A stretch of 64,000 nt of DNA, taken from Octopus vulgaris (taxonomy: Eukaryota). The notes beneath the pieces are model-generated. The model saw only the letters and a program-made list of their open reading frames with translations, was not told where the DNA came from and made no database searches. Shown here piece after piece: positions 11,647 to 26,408 of the stretch. The stretch spans positions 39,618,001 through 39,682,000 of the forward strand of contig OX597824.1 of NCBI GenBank assembly GCA_951406725.2, read 5' to 3'. The position numbers were made by a program, and so were the translations under genes. Positions within the stretch are counted from its first letter, which is position 1. Each line of letters begins with the position of its first letter.

Positions 11647-12775
11647 TTGCTGTTGCTGTTGTCGTCGTTGTTGTTATAGGGTTGACAGAATCAGTAAGGC
11701 ATGGAAAAATAGATGGAAATATTTAAACATATTCTGAGTTTGAATTAATGAATGTTCAAGTTCATATTTTATCCTTTCAAGGTCGATGGATTCAAATGCA
11801 TTCAATCGAACAGTGTTGAAAATCATTATTACTATAGTTATGAGCACTGATATGTGACCGAATATTAAGTCATTGTATTAATTTAGAACAGCATTCTTTG
11901 ATAATAATATTTAGTAATCCTATCTGAAGGCAAATTTTTCAATGAAGTTATGTCAAAATATACTATACTCTCCTTCAGTTCGTACGTCACAAACTGTTTT
12001 GCAACTATGTACTCCGAGTGAGAAACCTCTTCAGTTGCAGCAAAATTGAGTCGAATAGTTTGTGAAAATATAAACAATTATGAAGTTATTCGTGTGTGAT
12101 AATGGACAACTTCAAAGACATACCCTGCATCGTTATAGATTTGATATAGAAGAAATTAAATAAAACAGATATTGATTGTATCATCAGATGAAGGATCACA
12201 AAGGTAGTAGCAAACTTTATTAAAGTTTAGCTGTTTTGCAAAAAGTTTCTCTTATAAATATAATCATAACAAAGGCTTTTATGAGATCCAGCCGCATACG
12301 ATATTGGTTGCTGTTTACATCACTGTGAAGAAGTTTGACTAAATAGATTCTTTTGAAAATCACCAACATTACATCTAGTTAATGAAGTGGACGAAACGAT
12401 ATGTTTAAATAATCACATGCGTTCAAAGAGCGGCATCTTCTCTGAATGTGTGATCGACACAATTAAGAAATATTGCAAAGGGGGAAAACCCCTCAAAGAC
12501 TAGAAGAAACAACGTTATGTTAGCTTTGCGTTGTATCTGTTAAAGTAGATGAAGGACTGGTACTTGATTTATTTTCTTATCGGCAATTTTGATACTGGTA
12601 CATTCTTTTGAATTTGGTTAGGTTTAGAGCTTTCATTACGGCTGTCTTCATTACGATTAAAGACAGAAATATATTAGTTTTATTAATATTACCTTAGAAC
12701 ATTTCGTCTCTTTCTATATATACGCATCTCTAAAAGATGTACCTCTCAATATACACAACAGCAGAAGACTGGTAT

Positions 12776-12824
<49 letters not shown>

Positions 12825-13512
12825 ATATGCTCTCACACGCACGCACACACACACATACACAAACACCCACACAATCACACACTGCGAACTACAAATTATC
12901 CAGAAAGAGAAACATTTCTTTCTGTGTAAATTAGTTGGGCTTCTTTGAAAATTCTTTATGTCGCGAAAAAATTAATTTCAAAATAATTTTCTTTGATTCA
13001 GATAATAATTTGTCAATGACTGAAGTCATTGGAAAGTATGGAACTGAGTGCAGTAGAAACATTTCGAATACACAGTTTTTTATTTACATAAACAAATCAT
13101 TCCGCTATATAATTACAAGTATTTTTCTGATTTAGAATAGGAATCAAAATGCCCACGATTCTTTTCCGGGGCCTCTGAGTGATGTGGATGGAATATAAGA
13201 CGTTATTCTTAAAATAGTAGTATTCTCCAGTTTTTTGCAATAGAGTGGATTCTGCTCAAGCAACCTGAATGCCACACGTTGAAGGTAAATTGGGCGGTCG
13301 GTTAAATACTCTATCTAAATAATTAAAAAATAAAATAAACTATGGGTAATATCTCCATTAATACAATTCCCATTAACACAAGTCTCTGATCGACAGGAAG
13401 CCATGGAACAAAACACTCCCGAAAAGTATTATGCAGTTGGACTGAACTTGTATTGTCATAGTTGTAAAGGAACTTCCTTAATCATACAGACATTCTTAGG
13501 TATATATATTCC

Positions 13513-13803
13513 TTTCTTCTCGAGCCATGCCTGGCTCATACGGGCCGGTTTCCCGTTTTCCTTGGCGTATAGGTTCCCCACTTGGATTGGACGCCAGTCC
13601 GTCACAGGTGAGCTGCAAGATGCAGGAGGAAAGAGTGAGAGAAAGTTGTTGCGAAAGAGTCAGCAGAAGCTCGCCATTACCTTCTGCCGGAGCCGCGTGG
13701 AGCTTAGGTGTTTCGCTCATAAACACACACATCGCCCGGTCTGGGAATCCACGATCCCACGACCGCGAGTCCGCTGCTAAACCACTAGGCCATGTGCCTC
13801 CAC
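13513..13803 (-). mobile_element. tRNA-derived SINE (family C)
   Basis: Head GTGGAGGCACATGGCCTAGTGGTTAG, core cctgtgacggactggcgtcc, tail atgagccaggcatggctcgagaagaaagg; homologous to 37735-38010 and 45480-45722. Confidence 0.8.
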
Positions 13804-15189
13804 AGGTATATATATTGGAGAAGAGAGACACAAAACTCAAAACTAACACAGGGCCAAAAATATGGTTTATATTGTTTAAAACATAATCCTCGCTGTTCAT
13901 GATTTCACTCAAAATATTTTTCCCCCTTGAAGACACATTAATATTAATATAGATTTTAGTAAAAGATAATAATAATAATAATCATTAATGCTTTTGGTAA
14001 AACTAAAAATATTATTGAGGCTTTTTGTAAAACAATATCTGAACGTTACTTATGCTCATGGCAAAACACGAATATCTCGTATTTTCTTGATAATATACTT
14101 ATTCATATGGGTGTGTGTTTATGTGTGCGTTTGTATGTATGTGTGTGTATGTCTGTGTGCGCGCGTGTGTGTGTAGGTATGTACGTAAGCAAGTATGCAT
14201 ATACGTGTATGTACATATTTGTGTATATGTGCATATATATGTGTATGAGTGCACGTATATATATATATATACAGATATATGTGCACGCATGCGTATATAT
14301 ATACATATGTATATATATGTGTGTGTGTGTGTGTCCAAACGCGTGCGCGCACACATACATATGTATAGATATATTCATATATTCAATTAAACACAAAGGT
14401 GTGTATATCTGTGTGTGTAAGCAAAGGTCGTCAAGTAATGATGTTAAATCGAGAACGGGTGGTGAAGTCTACTATTCGGGAAAAGGGGCGGCAGTCATTT
14501 CAAAGGCTTCTCGCGCAAGGTTCAATTTACGAAATTATACTCACAAGACATCAAATGAATAGGGTTTATTGTACGAATAATTTACTTAAGACGTCGGATA
14601 ACTAGCAAGATTGAAATCAAAAAGCACGTACAATACTAAGCAAATTTCTTTTAAGACACATACATTTCCTGCCACCATAACGGAATCATATGCTGCTTCA
14701 AATTTAAAACCCATAATATTTAAATTCAGCGTATTACTGAAGCTATTTGTATTCTATATTTGATTGGCAATTTATCAACCAAAACTACATAGTAATATAT
14801 CTACTTGTAATGTTGTATGTACACCAGCGCACAATAATTCTGCTGTAAATATAGTTTTATATATTTATTATCGAATTACACTGTCCTTTTCTGCTGTTAC
14901 TTAATCCAATCATGGTTCACGGTAGTGTTATTCATATTACTGTTATAAACCAAACAAATAGTGGTTTGCCAGAATCGGTAAATAGTCGCGCAAGAAAGTC
15001 TTGCTATACATGTTAAAAAAAATTAGACCAACCATGCCAGCATGTTGATGATTGTATGGCAGAGAGACAGCGTAACTGGAAGTTAGAGCTCTAGCTTGAG
15101 CCAGCGATTTCTACCAGGAAACAGAATACCATGAACAGAATATTTTGTTTGCTGTAAAATTTGGCTAAAATGTATAATTACAATAAATA

Positions 15190-15414
15190 TGTCGGTTTCA
15201 AATTTTGGCACTAGTCAAGCGATTTCCGAGAGAAGTGAGCCGACTACATTGACTCCAGTGTTTAACTGGCAAATATTTTATCGTGCTCCCCCTCCCCACA
15301 AAGGATAAAAGTAAAGTCGACCCCGGCATAATTTGTACTCAGAACGTAATGACGGACAAAATGCCGCTAAGCATTTTGCCGAGCGTACTAACGATTCTAC
15401 AAACTTGCTGCCTT
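15190..15414 (-). mobile_element. Family A SINE
   Basis: Reverse complement matches the head, core and tail of 4183-4545. Confidence 0.75.
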
Positions 15415-16246
15415 AATTACAATAAATATATTAGGATTTCTTCTATATTATAGATTCCTTGTTAGCGCTACTCTTTGTTCAAAAATTGAGCTTCCGGCAT
15501 AGGTTAAGTCATTCTTTTTTAATATTCTATTTCAATTAACCAACCCTGAAAGGATAAAATATGAACTCGAACATTTATTACTGGTTTTAGTAAACAATGT
15601 GGGAGAAACGAGCTCTCCTAAAGACTGGCTTACCCTCGATTAACTGTCAGGACATTAAGCATTTGTTTCCAATATAACTTACTTGATTTTAGATTACCTT
15701 CAAGGAGATTTAAAATAAAATGGTGAAATACCAAAAGATGAAGTGAATAACAAAGTTTTCTAACGTAGGCCCGAGCTGAAAAATTTAGAGCACTTATTAG
15801 CCTATTCAATCGATCCATCTACTCGACGGTGCTATATTTTACCGACAGAGTAAAAACGAGATGCTGATCTCGTCGAGATATTTATTTACAACGCTACTAA
15901 CTTCTCTGCCGAATCTTATCATTTGTAGTTATTTGCAAGATATGAACTTATTCAACAAGAAAATTTAACTGATTCAAAGCATTATATCGCTTCTTATTTT
16001 AGAACAATCTTTAGTGTTAATAACACAAGGCCGATTAAAACAAATCTGTAATACGTGAATTTGCAGCATATTACGTGCTTAAAAGGTCAGGTACTTATTC
16101 CAGAGAGTTGGAATTTGAATCAAGCCATATATAAATACCTGATGAGAAAAACTGCCTGTCCGTCTGTTGTCTCTGCCTGTCTGTTCATTTGTTTATCTTC
16201 TTTCTTTCTCTCTCTCACTCTGTCTCTCTATCTATATTTCTATCTA

Positions 16247-16285
<39 letters not shown>

Positions 16286-16300
16286 ATGTATACACATTAA

Positions 16301-16523
16301 GGATAAAATCATTATAAAATAACGATCTTATCAGTGGTCAGCATGTAACAAAAACCATATAGGTAAGAATTAAAAGGATAAAATCATTATAAAATAACGA
16401 TCTTATCCGTGGTCAGCATGTAACAAAAACCATATAGGTAAGAATTAAAAGGTTAAAATCATTATAAAGTAACGATCTTAGCAGTGGTCAGCATGTAATA
16501 AAAACCATATAGCTAAGAATTAA
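16301..16523. repeat. 75-bp tandem repeat x3
   Basis: Units ggataaaatcattataaaataacgatc... start at 16301, 16376 and 16451. Confidence 0.9.
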
Positions 16524-16540
16524 TATACACATATGATCAT

Positions 16541-16858
16541 ATAGATATAATTATATTTAAGGGAACTGAGAAACAGCACCATCATGCGAGAGATAGCCAT
16601 CGAATGACTCTAAAACCCACATTATTTGCACTCCATTAGCAGAGGTTGAAAGCGAGCAAATGAATAACAAATCGAATAAAAATACATTTAGCAAAATTTC
16701 TTAACTTCTGAAAGTTTTCCTTTTTTTCTTTTTACTCATTTGCTCGCTTTCATTCTATGCTCATGGAGTATATATAATGTGGTTTGAGAGTCATTTTGAC
16801 GTCGATCTCTAGCATGTTGGTGCTGTTTCACAGTACCCTTAATTATAATTTTATCTAT
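16541..16858. repeat. Diverged inverted repeat (hairpin element) ending in (TA)n
   Basis: Arm 16541-16668 is the approximate reverse complement of 16730-16858 (e.g. gaaacagcacca / tggtgctgtttc; gaaagcgagcaaatga / tcatttgctcgctttc). Confidence 0.8.
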
Positions 16859-16861
16859 ATG

Positions 16862-16936
<75 letters not shown>

Positions 16937-17929
16937 GTGTCTCTACACACATGATTATATACATATATATATGTTTGTTTGTATGTGTGTTTGTGTGTGT
17001 GCCTGCGTGACAGAAAGCAACAGAGTGAGTGAGTGTGCATGTGTACTTCTGTGTTTTTACGTACATATAGTTCAGTGCGCTTGAGATCCAGATATAACCT
17101 GACAAATCTACATGAATCTCACATCTAACAAAGAGATGTTATCTATATTATTCTTCTTCATATTTCGCTAGACTGATATACTGTAAATACCACTGCGTAA
17201 CATTTCAGTTATAATACACAGGGTTAAACAAAAGTATTTCCATATCACGATATAAACAGGCAAACAATCGAAGTCATTCGAACTTCTTAATACACGTCGC
17301 CTCTCCTTCCGATTTGATTATTCTCTTACACATCACAACTACTCAACTTTTCTTTCGTCCACCTCTATATTACATTAATTAGACCTTTGGATACCTCTCC
17401 CTTTGTTAATAGTCACGGTTCAGAAATTCTAGGATAGCTGATCTACTTCGCTGCCATTCACACTACCAACCAGACGGAACATATCGACTTATTTGAACTG
17501 TTATAGAAACCACCAGAGCGAGTTTACCGTAATATTGTATCAGTTGTAAGCGAATAAAATTTCTATATAACTATTTGCTGGATAAACGTAAAAAGATAAA
17601 TTCACAGTTGTTAAGAGTCCAATTAATAAGAGCTTGTTAGACTTCCTGTTGTGGAAGGATTGTGACCACCCCCAAGTGACTAAAAGTGGGCTGACATATT
17701 GCTCTATAGAATAAAGAACTGTCAGCAGTTCCAGGTAGGCATTTCACTGCGAGCCGTTGGCAGAAAGCGTTTAGCCTCCTGTAACAATAACAGTAGTACG
17801 TTGTGTGAATACTATTTTTTCCCTGTTTCATTAAATGATTTATAAAACACCAGGATATAAAAGTTTTAGAATTGTTTTCTCTTGTACGAAACCAAAGAAA
17901 AAATATCATTTAACTTGGAGGACTTATTG

Positions 17930-20090
17930 GCCTCCGTAGTGCAGTTGCAACAGCAATAGCATCAAAAAGAACAGCAACTACCACAGCAACAACAGCAATT
18001 ACAACAGCAACCACAGCAACTACAACAGCAGCAACTACAAAACCAACAGTTGCTGGAATTAATGTTGAAGAAATCTGAAAATACTTCTGGTTCTTACTCG
18101 CCAGACAGCATAGCAAACTCAGTTTGAAAGATTCAGTTATAATCCAGAAGGGATTACCTCCTCGGCATTTATTTCGAAGATACGAAGAAATATTCAAAGA
18201 AGAATGTAAAAATTGATCTGACGAGAAATAAGTACGACTACTTTTAAGAAAGCTGTCCTCTGCCGAACACGAAAAATATAGTAACTATATTCTGCCGAAG
18301 AAACCAGGAGAGATTTGTTTCGACGAAACAACTTTTATCAAGCATTTTTAGTGATCGACGTTCCCTGTTCAATAATCGCTGGCAGTGTTTAAATTTGGTC
18401 AAAAAATATGATGAAGATTTCATTACCTATGCTGGAGTTGTTAACAGAGAGTGTGAAAAATTCAAATAAGTGAATCAATCCAGGGCATGCTCAAATCTCT
18501 AATTTTTGTTCAAGGGCTATCTGCAAGTAAAGATACAGATATACGTTCCCGGATATTAACAAAATTAGAACAGGACCAAAAATTAACTCTAGAGGCAGCA
18601 GCAGAAGAATGCCAGATGATACCAAATCAAAGACATGACGTAGATAAAACTGAAGAAAAAGATTGCTTTCATATTCATACGTGTCGACCTGTAATGAATA
18701 TGAAAAAAGAGAAAAAATGTCCAGACCGAATCCATGTTATGAGTGCGATTGTCTACATTTTGAAAGTAACTATCCGTTAAAAATATAAAAAATGCTTCAA
18801 GTGTTGTTAGAGAGAGCATAAAAAGATCACACTGTAAAACAAAACATAAAAAACAGTTCAACAGAAAAACTTTTGTAAACAGTGACAAGAAATACGAACG
18901 AGCTTCAAAGGAAATTTGTGTATATAAAAATTAATAACACAAACGTAAAATTACAGTTGTATACGAGCAGTGATATCTTGATAATTAACACAGATACAAG
19001 GAAGAAAAATCAGAAGACTTTGATTAAAAATAACTTCAAAAACTATACGTGGTGTTTCAGGGGAAAAAATACATTTCAAGGGATAAATGTTAAGTGACGT
19101 TACATTTCGTGGACAAACTTAAAAGCCACAGTTTTTGTGCTGAATAATACGACATATTTATTCGAAACAGACTGGAGGGAAATATTTAACTTATGGGACC
19201 TCTCCATAAATCTTTTCTGTAAAAATGTGAATGGTTTTTCCGCCAGTACAAATAAATCGTCAGACGAATTTTTAAAATAATTAAAAAAGATTTGTCCTGA
19301 AGTTCTGTCTGAGGAATTAGGATTGTGCACCAAAACAAAGGCAAAGTTTTAAGTAAAACGCCATACAGGTATTAAGATCAAGATGAACTGTTTCGTTTGC
19401 AGTGCTAGAACAGATAATAGAAAAAATTGGCGTTACCCAAAAAGTGGAATATAGTCAATGTGTACGTTAAGAAAAAGAATTATAAAATCAGAGTGTGTGC
19501 TGATTTTTCCACTAGTTTAAACGAATGTCTTAAAATGCTCCACTATCCGCTACCTACTCCGGAGGATATATTTGCGAAATTTAACGGTGACAAGATATTT
19601 TTTAAATTGGATATTTCTGAAGAGTACCTACAAATTAAAGTAGACGGGGAATGCTTTAAATACCTAACAATAAACATACTTAAAGGACTGTATAAATACA
19701 ACAGGTTAGCATTTGTCTCAAAAGTCGCACCAATGATATTTCAACAGATTATGGATGCAATTTTAGCAGACTGTGAATTCGCAATTCTCTATTTGGATGA
19801 TATACTCATTAAAAGCAATTCCTGGAACAAACGCGCAGATCACGTAAAATACATGCTCGAAAAAATTAGGGATTACGGTTTTACTTTGAGTGAAGAAAAG
19901 TGTGAATTTTTCTTACCGAAAATAATATATTTAGGACGAGTCATTATCAGAAATGGATGTCGGCCAGATCTATCGAGGGAAGACGCAACTAAAGATATGC
20001 CCACTCCGCCAAATATAGCGACCTTGTAAGCTTTTAAGGGACTGGCAAATTATTACCAAAATTATATTCCGAATATGCATATGGTAAGGC
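17930..20090 (+). mobile_element. Decayed Ty3/Gypsy LTR retrotransposon gag-pol remnant
   Basis: Q-rich gag start, FRRYEEIFKEEC, VRLLLRKLSSAEHEKYSNYILPKKP, LIFVQGL..DTDIRSRIL; RT ORF 19427..20029 with RVCADFST, YPLPTPEDIFAK, APMIFQQIMD, YLDD, KCEFF..YLG; multiple stops and frameshifts; truncated before RNase H/integrase. Confidence 0.9.
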
Positions 20091-20307
20091 TATCAAATTA
20101 TTTCAAAATAAATTTATTCGTGTAAGAATAATTTCAAATATGTACTTATATATATATACATACATATATATATATATTATTATTATTATTATATACATAC
20201 ATACATACATATATATATATATGTATATATGTAATATATATATCTATATATATATATGTATATATGTAATATATATATCTATATATATATATGTATATAT
20301 GTATATA

Positions 20308-20349
<42 letters not shown>

Positions 20350-20373
20350 CATATATATATATATATAAAGATA

Positions 20374-20442
<69 letters not shown>

Positions 20443-20558
20443 ATATATATATTACATATATACATATATATATATAGATATATATATTACATATATACAT
20501 ATATATATATAGATATATATATATTACATATATACATATATATATATATGTATGTATG

Positions 20559-20598
<40 letters not shown>

Positions 20599-21089
20599 TA
20601 TACATATATACACACACACACACGTACACTTGCACGCTCGCGCACACACAGACATATGCATACATATAGAGGTAAAAGCAGCTCTAGTATGAAGAATATT
20701 GTTAAAAATATTTTAATGTATATGCTTTGTGTAATCGCCTGTATTTAATATTTATTACTTCATATGTGAATTTTCTCTTAGGTATGCAATTTCCGGGCAT
20801 ACCAGCTCATGATTTTACAAGTCATGCGCACATAAGTCGCTGGGCTGGCTAGATGACTCGCCTGCGACCCAGGTGGGTACGTGATGTTGGAAAGCCACAA
20901 AAATGACGAAACATCGATGTCCATTACTCTCAAATGGGATTGATAGTGAGTTATCTCGCCTGTCCGTGACAGTAAGTTGTTTCAATACCCGAAACATGTG
21001 AGTTATAAATTCCGCTACGCCAATGCAGCCAGCAGAAAATGCATAAAGCATATACATTATTATATACATTTAATGGCATACATATATAT

Positions 21090-21351
21090 GCAACAAGGAT
21101 ATCCAAAGGTAATGCAGTACGATCGTTTCGTGCGACTTCATTTAATCAAACAATGCAAGTATTACATCAGTTTTAAAATGTAGAGCAATTTTCAGCTGCA
21201 TATAAACATTAAACATATAAGCATATAAACAATTTAACTAAAATTCTATGTTAATATGCAGCTGAAGATTGCTCTACATTTTAAAACTGATGTAATTAAA
21301 TTCAGTCGCATGAAACGATCGTACTGCATTACCTTTGGATATCCTTGTTGC
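21090..21351. mobile_element. Hairpin PLE remnant (inverted pseudo-LTR pair)
   Basis: Arms 21090-21208 and 21248-21351 are reverse complements apart from an indel; contains a hammerhead core. Confidence 0.8.
21256..21329 (+). ncRNA. Hammerhead ribozyme (type I, PLE-associated)
   Basis: atgcag CTGAAGA ... GAAA cgatcg TA ctgcat: 6-bp stem I, palindromic stem III, GUA site. Confidence 0.75.
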
Positions 21352-21494
21352 TTATTTTGACTATAATCACCCCATTTTGAATTATATCGATAATACCATA
21401 CCAAATTCTGGTGCCTTTAACTTAAGTACCATATTCAACTAAATCTAAATTTTTACTGAACTTATAATACAATATCTTGTGTATATATATATGC

Positions 21495-21595
<101 letters not shown>

Positions 21596-22787
21596 AAATA
21601 GACGTTGCAGATAGTTGAGGAAGTTTGGATATTTGTAAATGGCTGCGATTGTTTGTTCCGATCTTTCAATGTGTAGGATCAAGAACACAGTATTAAAACG
21701 TAGGGATAAAACCATCTCGAAGAATTAGGATGACACAGAAGTGAATCTACCGTACTGTAATGCTGAGATAACAGTATAAATGCTGTAGAATTTGCACTGT
21801 AAATATAACTCGGGAAATCTCTAATTTCTCTTAAATGTGGCTTAACATAACGGAAATTTTATCAATTCTTTTAAGACGACAGAGATATGTTCTCAAAATC
21901 CTTTAACGATATGTCAATTTCACTGTTCGTGTTTTGTATTTCGCTTAAAGTAAATCGTTGTCATGATAACTCTTTAATGTTTGAAGTAGAAAATACTTAC
22001 GTTTGGCTCAAGAATCCCACGCACCTACACACTAAATTTGAAAGACAGTAATGTTACATATATACACACATACACATACACATATATATATACATACACA
22101 CATATATATATATATACATACACACACTCACACACACCCACATATATATATATATATACGTACATATATTTAGCCAGATATAAGCACATATATGTGTGTG
22201 TGCGTGTGTGTGTGTGTGTGTGGGTGTAGTATATATTCTTGACACGTCTAGGCAAGTTTAGACGTAAAATACGCTGGACACTGTCGCTATAGGAGAAAAA
22301 CTACTGCTTTTTTACAATGACAGTGTATTGGACACACTCGGCTCATTGGCGCTGGGCATTCTGGGACACTTATATTTCGTTACTTGTCTCGTCAGACAGA
22401 AGCACCCGGAGTCTGAACCTAAACACAGCTGCTGTCTTTGTTTATGCCTTCAGTAAGCAAATTGTTTGCTGATCGGTGCTTATAACTGAAAAATCGTTAT
22501 TTGCACCGCGTACAGAGAGACCGGGAATTGAGTGCATATTTATTCTTAATACGACCATATGGATTTAGACTCAACATGGCCGCTGTCATGTACGATATAG
22601 AAGAATATCCCCTGAATTTAACGACAGTTGTGTGTTTAACACACTTGGCTCGTTGCTGCACGGCATTCTGGTACACCGGTGTTTTGACATGTTGAATCAC
22701 GTCAGCCAGAATTACCCGGGAATATGAGCCTTCAGGAACCCCTCAAAGTTTTTGACTTTGGCCTCAATAAGAAACAATTAACCTTAT

Positions 22788-23330
22788 AAGGTGGCGTGCT
22801 GGTTGATTCTTTTAGAATATAAAAAATTATCTTTTGTTATGTCTTCCGATATTTCCATTCTAATTTCAAATCTTGCTGAAGTCAAATTTGCGTTTCATCC
22901 CTTTATGATCGATAAAATACTAAACCACTCATGTACTGGGGTCGGTATCAAGTCGGATAAAATACTTGGCGTCTTTACTCATCTTTACGTCAAAATATTG
23001 ACGAAGTCTATTTTGCCTTTCCTCATTTCGGAGTCGATAAAACAAACTCGATTCGATATCATCGATTTAGCCCTCCTCTCAAAACTACGAGCCTTGAGCC
23101 AAGATTTGAAACTTGTTATGAACCAACGAGATAGCAGGGTCGTTTGAGCATCGGATTAGTGGCTGATCGTCCGGCTATTAGCGTTCTAAGATCGAATCCT
23201 ACTACGTTCAACTCTGCTTTCAATCTTTTAAAGTCGATAAAGCAAAATGTAAACCAGATAGTAGGGTCGATGTAATCAACTTAAATCCACCACTAAATTT
23301 GTTGATTTTGAGACCAAATTTGAAAGCATT
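22788..23330 (+). mobile_element. Cluster of decayed family A SINE fragments
   Basis: Three degenerate copies of the tttgcctttcatcc...gtcgataaa core. Confidence 0.6.
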
Positions 23331-23502
23331 ATTATTATTATCGTTAGTAGTAGTAGTAGATATTGTTCTTATTAATTAGGATGGTAATAGTAGTACTGGC
23401 AGTGGTTGGATTTTTTGGATATTATTTAATAAATTACCGACAATACTTACATAATGCATACATGTATGTGTGTGTGTGTGTATGTGTGTATTTATACATG
23501 CT

Positions 23503-23581
<79 letters not shown>

Positions 23582-23975
23582 AAGAGGAGGGAAAGTAAAG
23601 GGACGAGAGATAGATTTTTTATCTGATCATTGTTTCATAGAGGGAGCTATATAACAGCTTCCCTAATTAATATATTGACAATGTACATACCCAATGCTTC
23701 CGGAAGCTTTGAATCAATATTTGAAGTAAGCGTAGGCTAGGGTGTGATGCTGTGTCACGTGACATGAGCTAATAATTTGATTCATATCATATAGAAATTC
23801 CAGACAAAACATTTATATATGGAGACAGTAATTCCATTTGTGAATTCCGGTCCTACTATAAAAACATTAATTCTTCAATGGACAAATACCTCAGAGTGGT
23901 ATTCATACATACACACATACAAACACACACATATAAATTTATACATGTGTATATATGTACATATATATATACATA

Positions 23976-24047
<72 letters not shown>

Positions 24048-24087
24048 AGTTCATATATGTATATATATGAACTTATAATGTATATAT

Positions 24088-24125
<38 letters not shown>

Positions 24126-24901
24126 CTTGTATGCTTGTATGTATGTACATATAAGTTCTATATTTATAGACAGATTTGCACACAGATATGCAAAAATATA
24201 TGTATGTATGTATATGTGTATGTGTGTGTGTATGTGGGCAACGAGTACAATTAGGTAGGTGTGTGTGTGTGTTTGTGTTAGTTTGTTATGCATTTAATCA
24301 AATAATATGCAACATTAACTTAATATTTGTTCAGTGAATATGCTTTGGAAATTGGTAAGTGGAAGAATTAAAACAACGTGGAAAAGTAAGAATAAAATAC
24401 ACGTCGTAATGCATAATCCGTTTAAAATTTTATGAGTAGTGTACAAAATCGATTTGATAAATAAATAGTTATCGAAGTATTTACCTAACATATGACAAAT
24501 GATTTGCCATTGTCGATAGACATTGTAGACATAACAAGACATGCATTAACGCCGGCTTATTTCGTAATCAAACAATCACATTGGTATTGTTTATTAAATA
24601 ATAGTTCAAGCATAGCCGTGTGATTAAGAAGTTTGCTTTACAACCATGTAGTTCCCGGTTCGATTCTGCTACTCGAAAAATTGGTCAAGTGTCTTCTGAC
24701 ATAATTTTGAGATGATCATTTAGACATGAATTGAAATTGGTAGAGAGAAACTGTATAGAAACGCCGTATATGTTATACACGTTCTTTGTGGTTTATATTA
24801 AAAGTTTTACAAAAATAGAGAGCAGCCGTTTCTAACACAGGAACATGTGACTTTAGAGAATATCATGTCGGCAGCCACGCATTCATACGTGTATGTTTGT
24901 G

Positions 24902-24992
<91 letters not shown>

Positions 24993-25234
24993 TATATCTA
25001 ATGATAAAATTATTTTCGAAAAAATTTTATCCTATATTAGATGTAAATTTAATAGTGTTCACCTCCGGACTCTCTCACTCTTTGAGAGTTTTCAGTTCGA
25101 ATCGGACGTGTCTCGAATGGGCTGGAGAATTTCTATTTTGGATATATTTGGGGTACTTAATTATGCTCATGACTTAGTGTTTGCTTCTTCCATGGGTATA
25201 AATAAGTATTTCATTTATTCAAATTTGCCGCATT

Positions 25235-25288
25235 TATCACTGACGAAGAGAAGGTTCTTATGAACTAACTCTGAAATCGGGTCCGATA
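25235..25288 (+). ncRNA. Degenerate hammerhead ribozyme-like motif in a PLE pseudo-LTR remnant (about 24990-25490)
   Basis: tatca CTGACGA agag..gttcttatgaac..ctct GAAA tcggg TC cgata. Confidence 0.55.
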
Positions 25289-25483
25289 TGGTAATAACGG
25301 ATTTTTTAAGAAATTTCTGTCGGTTTTCTTCGAGGCACGTGCTTATACTGATTATGGTTATGGACGTTGTGTCTAGTTTCAGCATATTTGGCATTAGGAA
25401 TTTCTTTCTTTTGCCCTTGTTTATAAGTTGTATATATATATATATATTAACAATTAAGGAACGGCCATAATAGGCCATTCACC

Positions 25484-25529
<46 letters not shown>

Positions 25530-25622
25530 CAACAATTGAGGGTAAAATTAATTAATTATTAATCAATTTCACCAAGTGTTCAGTATGCAAAGGGACCATT
25601 TAAGGCGAATTCAAATTATTAC

Positions 25623-26361
25623 ATTATATAAAAGGGCTTAGTAAAGTAAATTACTTTGCCGCATACTGAACTCATTAGAAATAGCAGCTAAAAAACTTTT
25701 TTTAAAGCTATTTCTAATACTTAAAGAAAATCTCTCTCATATATAGTGTTTGCTTAATTCAACTCACAAAAGTTTGGGGTAAGGACATCAATAAATCAAA
25801 TGCTAAGGTTATTTGAGAACGTACGTTTCAAGATTAGTCAAAACAACATTTCTATCTTCAGCTCAGAAACTCCTTGGTTTGGATTTGGAAACACTGAAAG
25901 TAAGAACATACCCTTTCGAAGATCCGCTCGTAACTAACAGTGCCAACAAACCCAAATAAGCAAGCGAAGAATTTCTGTTCTCCCCTTTCCACCAGCGTGG
26001 GTGGAAAGGGGAGAACAGAAATTCTTCGCTTGCTTATTTGGGTTTGTTGGCACTGTTAGTTACGAGCGGATCTTCGAAAGGGTATGTTCTTACTTTCAGT
26101 GTTTCCAAATCCAAACCAAGGAGTTTCTGAGCTGAAGATAGAAATGTTGTTTTGACTAATCTTGAAACGTACGTTCTCAAATAACCTTAGCATTTGATTT
26201 ATTGATGTCCTTACCCCAAACTTTTGTGAGTTGAATTAAGCAAACACTATATATGAGAGAGATTTTCTTTAAGTATTAGAAATAGCTTTAAAAAAGTTTT
26301 TTAGCTGCTATTTCTAATGAGTTCAGTATGCGGCAAAGTAATTTACTTTACTAAGCCCTTT

Positions 26362-26369
<8 letters not shown>
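25623..26369. mobile_element. Near-perfect 747-bp palindrome (hairpin PLE remnant) between (TA)n tracts
   Basis: Arms 25623-25993 and 26000-26369, 6-nt spacer; only a 1-nt homopolymer indel noticed; left side extends about 95 nt further (25528-25622); hammerhead-like core tgag CTGAAGA...GAAA cgtacg TT ctca at 26128-26179. Confidence 0.85.

Positions 26370-26405
<36 letters not shown>

Positions 26406-26408
<3 letters not shown>

Noticed and set aside
13403-13936. Overlapping 119-146 aa ORFs suggesting a host exon
   Set aside because: They span a GC-rich SINE; no splice or homology evidence.
17608-17908. Possible 5' LTR of the Gypsy remnant
   Set aside because: No second LTR or clear primer binding site to confirm boundaries.
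20870-20930. Hammerhead-like GAAAcatcgatgTC (and a weak one at 22670-22742 minus)
   Set aside because: CUGANGA half of the core and stem I not recoverable.
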